A stretch of 56,987 nt of DNA, counting the filler, from Squatina squatina (taxonomy: Eukaryota), in NCBI GenBank assembly GCA_031763465.1. It is 3 parts of 3 records of this genome, joined end to end, with 100 filler letters (N's around TTAATTAATTAA, not from the genome) between each part and the next. Parts side by side here need not be neighbours in the genome. Positions count along the whole stretch, not along the records: positions 33,944 to 56,987 come from JARFOE010000019.1; 2 more parts are not named here. One strand, 5' to 3'. Of this stretch, positions 52,251 to 56,987 are shown one piece after another. Position 1 is the stretch's first letter, and each line of letters begins with the position of its first letter. The notes beneath the pieces are model-generated. The model did not search any database. It saw nothing but the letters and a program-made list of their open reading frames with translations, and was not told the DNA's origin. Both the position numbers and the translations under genes were made by a program.

Positions 52251-52405
52251 ATTATCACATTGCTGTTTGTGGGAGCTTGCTGTGCGCAAATTGGCTGCCG
52301 CATTTCCCACATTACAACAGTGACTACGCTCCAAAGGTACTTCATTGGCTGTAAAGTGCTTTGAGATGTCTGTGGTTGTGAGAGGCGCTATATAAATCCA
52401 AGTAT
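52251..52405 (+). mobile_element. SacSINE1-like SINE tail
   Basis: Matches 1924-2085 (ATTGCTGTTTGTGGGA...CAGTGACTAC...TTCATTGGCTGTAAAGTGCTTTG). Confidence 0.75.
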
Positions 52406-53029
52406 TTCTTCCTTTTCTATCAGGGAGTCTTATGGCTTTGTTCCTGGCTCTGGAGAATGTTCTTCAGTAACTTAGCCTTGCTTTATCCAGACATCTTGCT
52501 CCCTTATAAAAATCCATTCATTAGTAAAGCCTCTCTTTAATCAGTGCAATTGCCTAAGGTGACTGAACATTATCTCTCCGATCACCTGATAAAGGAGCAA
52601 TGTGTGCGGCAGACAATATAGAGATAACAATCACATGCAAGTGTTTATATGTTTCACTTTGCACTCTTTCCACTGCAGTTGCTGAGGATAATTTGCTCTG
52701 GATAAAGCATGATCTGCCACCCACATGTAGCACAGTTCTCCTTACTGCTGGCTTTTTTTCTGCCTTTGATCTACTAATCTGTAATTTGTTGGATAAGGTA
52801 GAAGTCTGAACTTGTTAAATATGTGCTGGCAATTATATAATTGTACTGTGGTGATGTGGCAAGGATAAGATCAATAAACTGTTCCTTTTCCCATAATGGA
52901 GAAATAAAATTATTTCCCATTTTATGTTCCTAAAAGGAACTTTCTTCCCAGTTGTCCATTGATTGTCCCCTAGTGCCAACATTTTAAACTTATGCAACAG
53001 CTTCAACAAAATACAGTATTGCAGCACCT

Positions 53030-53185
53030 CTAATGTAGGAACACATCCCAAAGTACTTCACAGAGGCATAATCAGAGAAAAGTGGGCACCGAACTAAAGG
53101 AGGAGATATTAGCAGAAGTGACCAAGAGCTTGATCAAAGAGGTGTTTTAAGAGGATCTTACAGGAAGACAGGGAGGTGGAGGGGT
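53030..53185 (-). mobile_element. L2 3' tail remnant
   Basis: CATCCCAAAGTACTTCACAG...GGAGATATTAG...TGACCAAGAGCTTGATCAAAGAGG is the reverse complement of the L2 tail at 32030-32160. Confidence 0.65.
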
Positions 53186-53511
53186 TTTCGTGGGGAAATG
53201 CAAGAGATTTCGGGCCTGCATTTCACTTTAGGTAAATGACAATGGATTAGCTTGCTGGTAAATCTGGCCAAGAACCATTTGAATGCTTTCATCTTCTGGA
53301 AGTGATGGCAAGATTAGAATATAGGACTAACGGACCAACTCTATTCCAGCCATTTATGACTATCAGTGGTGAGGAGAGGGCATAAAGACTGCCTGAAGAG
53401 CAAGTAGAGGTNNNNNNNNNNNNNNNNNNNNNNNNNNNNNNNNNNNNNNNNNNNNNNNNNNNNNNNNNNNNNNNNNNNNNNNNNNNNNNNNNNNNNNNNN
53501 NNNNNNNNNNN

Positions 53512-54350
53512 CACTCACCAAGTCTCTCTCACTCACCAAGTCTCTCTCACTCACCAAGTCTCTCTCACTCACCAAGTCTCTCTCACTCTCAACCGTCTCA
53601 ACATCTCTCACACTAACCATCTCTCTCTCACTGACAACCATCTCACATCTCTCTCACTATCCCTCTCACTCACCGTCTCTCTCTCTCACTCCCCGTCTCT
53701 CACACTCACCATCCCTCTCTCAATCACAACCGTCTCACCATCTCTCTCTCTCACTCACCACCTCTCTCTCACTCACCACCTCTCTCTCACTCACCATCTC
53801 TCTCTCACTCACAATCGTCTCACCATCTCTCTCTCTCTCTCACCGTCTCTCTTACTTTCACCGTCTCTCTTACTTTCACCGTCTCTCTTAAACTCACCGT
53901 CTTTCTCACTCACCGTCTCTCTCTCTCTCTCACGCTCACCGTCTCTCACGCTCACCGTCTCTCTTACACTCACCACCCCTCTCTCAAACTCACCACCCCT
54001 CTCTCAATCACAACCGTCTCACCATCTCTCTCACTTGCAACCATCTCACCAACTCTCCGACACTCACCATCTCTCTCTCGCTCACCATCTCTCTCTCTCT
54101 CACGCTCACCATCTCTCTCTCTCTCTCGCTCACCCTCTCTCTCTCTCTCACGCTCACCATCTCTCTCTCACTCAGAACCGTCTCACCATCTCTCTCACTC
54201 ACACACACCACCTCTCTCACACTGACAACTGCCTCACCGTCTCCCTCGCGCTCACAACCGCCTCACCATCTCTCTCACTCACAACCCTCTCACCATTTCT
54301 CTCACATTCCCCATCTCTCTCTCACTCACCGTCTCTCACAATCCCCTCAC
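53512..54350. repeat. CT-rich minisatellite / low-complexity tandem repeat
   Basis: (CACTCACCAAGTCTCTCT)x4 decaying into CACTCACC(A/G)TCTCTCT variants of ~16-22 bp. Confidence 0.9.
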
Positions 54351-54355
54351 TATTT

Positions 54356-54525
54356 CTCTTGCATTTATATAGCGACTTTAACATAGCAAAAACTTCCCGA
54401 GGCACTTCACAGGAGCATATCATCAAATAAATTGAGCCAAAGAAGGCAGCATTAGGACAGGTGACAAAAGCTTGGTCAAAGAAGTAGGTTTTAGGGAGCA
54501 TCGTAAAGGAGAAGAGAGGTGGAGA
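54356..54525 (-). mobile_element. L2 3' tail remnant
   Basis: CTTGCATTTATATAGCG...CTTCACAGGAGC...TTAGGACAGGTGACAAAAGCTTGGTCAAAGAAGTAGGTTTTA. Confidence 0.7.
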
Positions 54526-56987
54526 AATTTAGCAACCTATACATTCTATCTCGTGCTTTACCTGTGGGAAGGGAAAAAAAGTTGTCACTTAAACATGTAC
54601 AGGCTATGGGAGGAAGACAATTTGCACATAGCACTTGTTCATCTATTCTCTTTGGTAATATTCAAGTGTCAAGCTTTCTTTATCATCATGAGAGTGGAAC
54701 TGTAATTACTGTGAAAGCATAAATCATTTTTGGATGCCTATTGGAAAAAGTATAATTGCAATGAAGTTTAGCCTTTTAAGTTAACTAGTACAGCACATGA
54801 TGTTTAATTAATCCTGCAGCAGCTGTGTCAGACGTGCAAGATGTCTGGTAATCAGCCATTCCATTTTAAAGCGATTACACTTTCCCCTTCATTATGGTGG
54901 AGGTGAAAAAATGCACGTCTTCAGAGCAACTTGCTTAGGTCTTAGGNNNNNNNACGAAAGGCACAGAAGCATCTTTCTTCTGGTGGTGACCCATTGATTT
55001 GTGAGACCCAGCCTGATCCTGACACTTTAAAAGCTCAGTTGATCTGTCAGCTTGCGCCAACAACATCATTTCCCTCCACCCCAATCTAATTACACTGAAC
55101 AAGTGACAAAGGTAACGAGACTAGTCTATCCACATTGTCAGTCTTGCGCTGGGTAAACTAATTTGCTTCAGGTTTGTGTGTTTGAAAAAGCAAAGAAGGA
55201 TTTGAACATTTAAAGGCATGGCACAAAGCCAGATAGGGGGGTGGTGGGGAGGCTGGGAATGATCCACAGCCAGTAATTGGAGCAGTTTTAATTTGTGTGA
55301 GCTAGCATCTGTATAGCTTGGCCAAAGCCTGTGATAAATTGAGGGAATCTGCTGACATTGAAGACCGTTTGAAGTTGGGTATTGCAAAAAGAACAAGGCT
55401 CTCCTCAGCTCCTTCCCACCTTCCACACACCAGCCAATGGGTGGTCTCCAGAGCAGCCCTTCTTCCATGGCAGCACTGATTGTTTACTTCTGTGGGACTG
55501 CAGCTCTAATATCCAAGAGATACAAGTCTGGGAACGCATAGGTATCTNNNNNNNNNNNNNNNNNNNNNNNNNNNNNNNNNNNNNNNNNNNNNNNNNNNNN
55601 NNNNNNNNNNNNNNNNNNNNNNNNNNNNNNNNNNNNNNNNNNNNNNNTCTTAAGACAAACAACTCTCAAATTAAAAGAATCTTAAATAAAGCTCAGCTGC
55701 TGTGATTGTCCGATGGCAATGCTTGTAATTTTTGCTTCTCACCTGAATGGAAAGCGCCTGCAGGGGCCACATCAGTTACCTGCCGACATGCTGAAAATGA
55801 TTGATGAGCTGCCTCAGGCGCTGGAGTATACTTTGTCAACCACTCATAATTTATACATCTTATCTCTGTCAGAACAAAAGACAGGATGGTGCTCATGGAA
55901 ACGGTGGCTGTTTGGGTTATTGAGTTCAGTACAAACTGATAATTTTGATATCCGTCTTTGAGCTCCCTCATCAGGCCTCGCCAGTTTGTCTCCATTCCTG
56001 GACTGTATAAACTAAAGTTCTGATTAAAGCAGTTGGCAGCTGGTTCTGGGAAGTGCAGCTCTATTTATATGAGGCACAAGGTGCTTTTTCTTAGCAGCAA
56101 ATAAATGAAAGGAAGGATAAAATCTACCTGTCACTATAATACAAGGCAACGATCTATCTGAGGACTTGAGATGATGTCCTCAATTGTACAGTAGGAGATA
56201 AATCCCATCATCTGACCCCGAGATTTGATTATCTCCATAAATTCACTTAAATGTATCTTCCCTTTTGTCATATTTATCTCTCTGAGCAAAGTTTTGTTTA
56301 AAAAATGTCGTCTTTACGCATGTTTCTTTTTGTGGAGGTATTCCAATGTTTTTAAGTTCCCTGGTCTATATTGAGTTAACTAATCTCATTTTGGGTGCAG
56401 CACAGGCACCATTGGGTCTGGGAGGGAGAAAACATCAACCAGGAGTTTTGCTGTTGATAACTGCAATGAACCCTGCTTAAAAGTTTGTGTGTGGATGTCA
56501 GTGAGCACAGTATTGGTCTTAACTGTGATGGTTGCATAGATTGCCAACAATCTGCACTCAAGCCATACAAAATGGTGACTGGCTGAAACAACAGCCTTCA
56601 GCTGTGGAACTGTGCAGCCAACATGATACTGACCCTTCAGGAAGGAAAAATAAAATGTTTTTGAAATGTCAAATTAGTGATGTGATTTAGCACACAGAAT
56701 GTTACACATGTTATGATCCATGATTTGACTGTATATTGGATTCTACAACTTGCAATGTTAGTTGATCCCCTTGATCAGAATACAGGCTCGCAATTCACCA
56801 GGATGTATCCAATAATGTGGCAGAAAACCATTAGGAATACAAAGCAAGCCAATCGACATCCTCAGAGAAGCGACAGCACGGAGGAATGGTTACAACTTGC
56901 ATATGGTAATGATCTGCTGGATTAATCCAGCAGCTTCTGTTTTTGTTCCACATTTCCTGTACTTGCATTATTTTTTTCATTCTTAGT

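Noticed and set aside
53363-54430. Repetitive SERE/HHLSLS ORFs and CRISPR-like periodicity
   Set aside because: Translations of a CT-rich minisatellite; no unique spacers, no cas genes, eukaryotic context

Overview
Eukaryotic, very gappy vertebrate scaffold, almost certainly from a cartilaginous fish (shark or ray). The evidence is the Torpedo-like MuSK sequence, SacSINE1/Deu-type SINEs, and abundant CR1, L2 and Penelope relics. Two synthetic linkers (44N-TTAATTAATTAA-44N at 20363-20462 and 33844-33943) split the window into three independently joined blocks. Block 1 (1-20362) holds a cytoplasmic-domain exon of PCDH7 (+). Block 2 (20463-33843) holds an unidentified GC3-rich coding fragment (-), three MUSK exons (-; Frizzled-CRD and kinase), one isolated ELAC2 exon (+) and four SVEP1 coding pieces (+; signal peptide, vWA, Cys-rich repeat, linker). 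Block 3 (33944-56987) holds three consecutive LRMDA exons (+), two of which are joined by a minor-spliceosome (U12) AT-AC intron. The rest is intronic or intergenic DNA with retroelement fragments, TIR-bounded MITE-like elements, CNE-like blocks and a CT-rich tandem repeat. Most ORF-track entries are spurious, and several real exons (ELAC2, LRMDA, SVEP1 vWA) are not in that track. No prokaryote-type systems (CRISPR, operons) are present. Gene identities come from recalled protein motifs, not from a database search.
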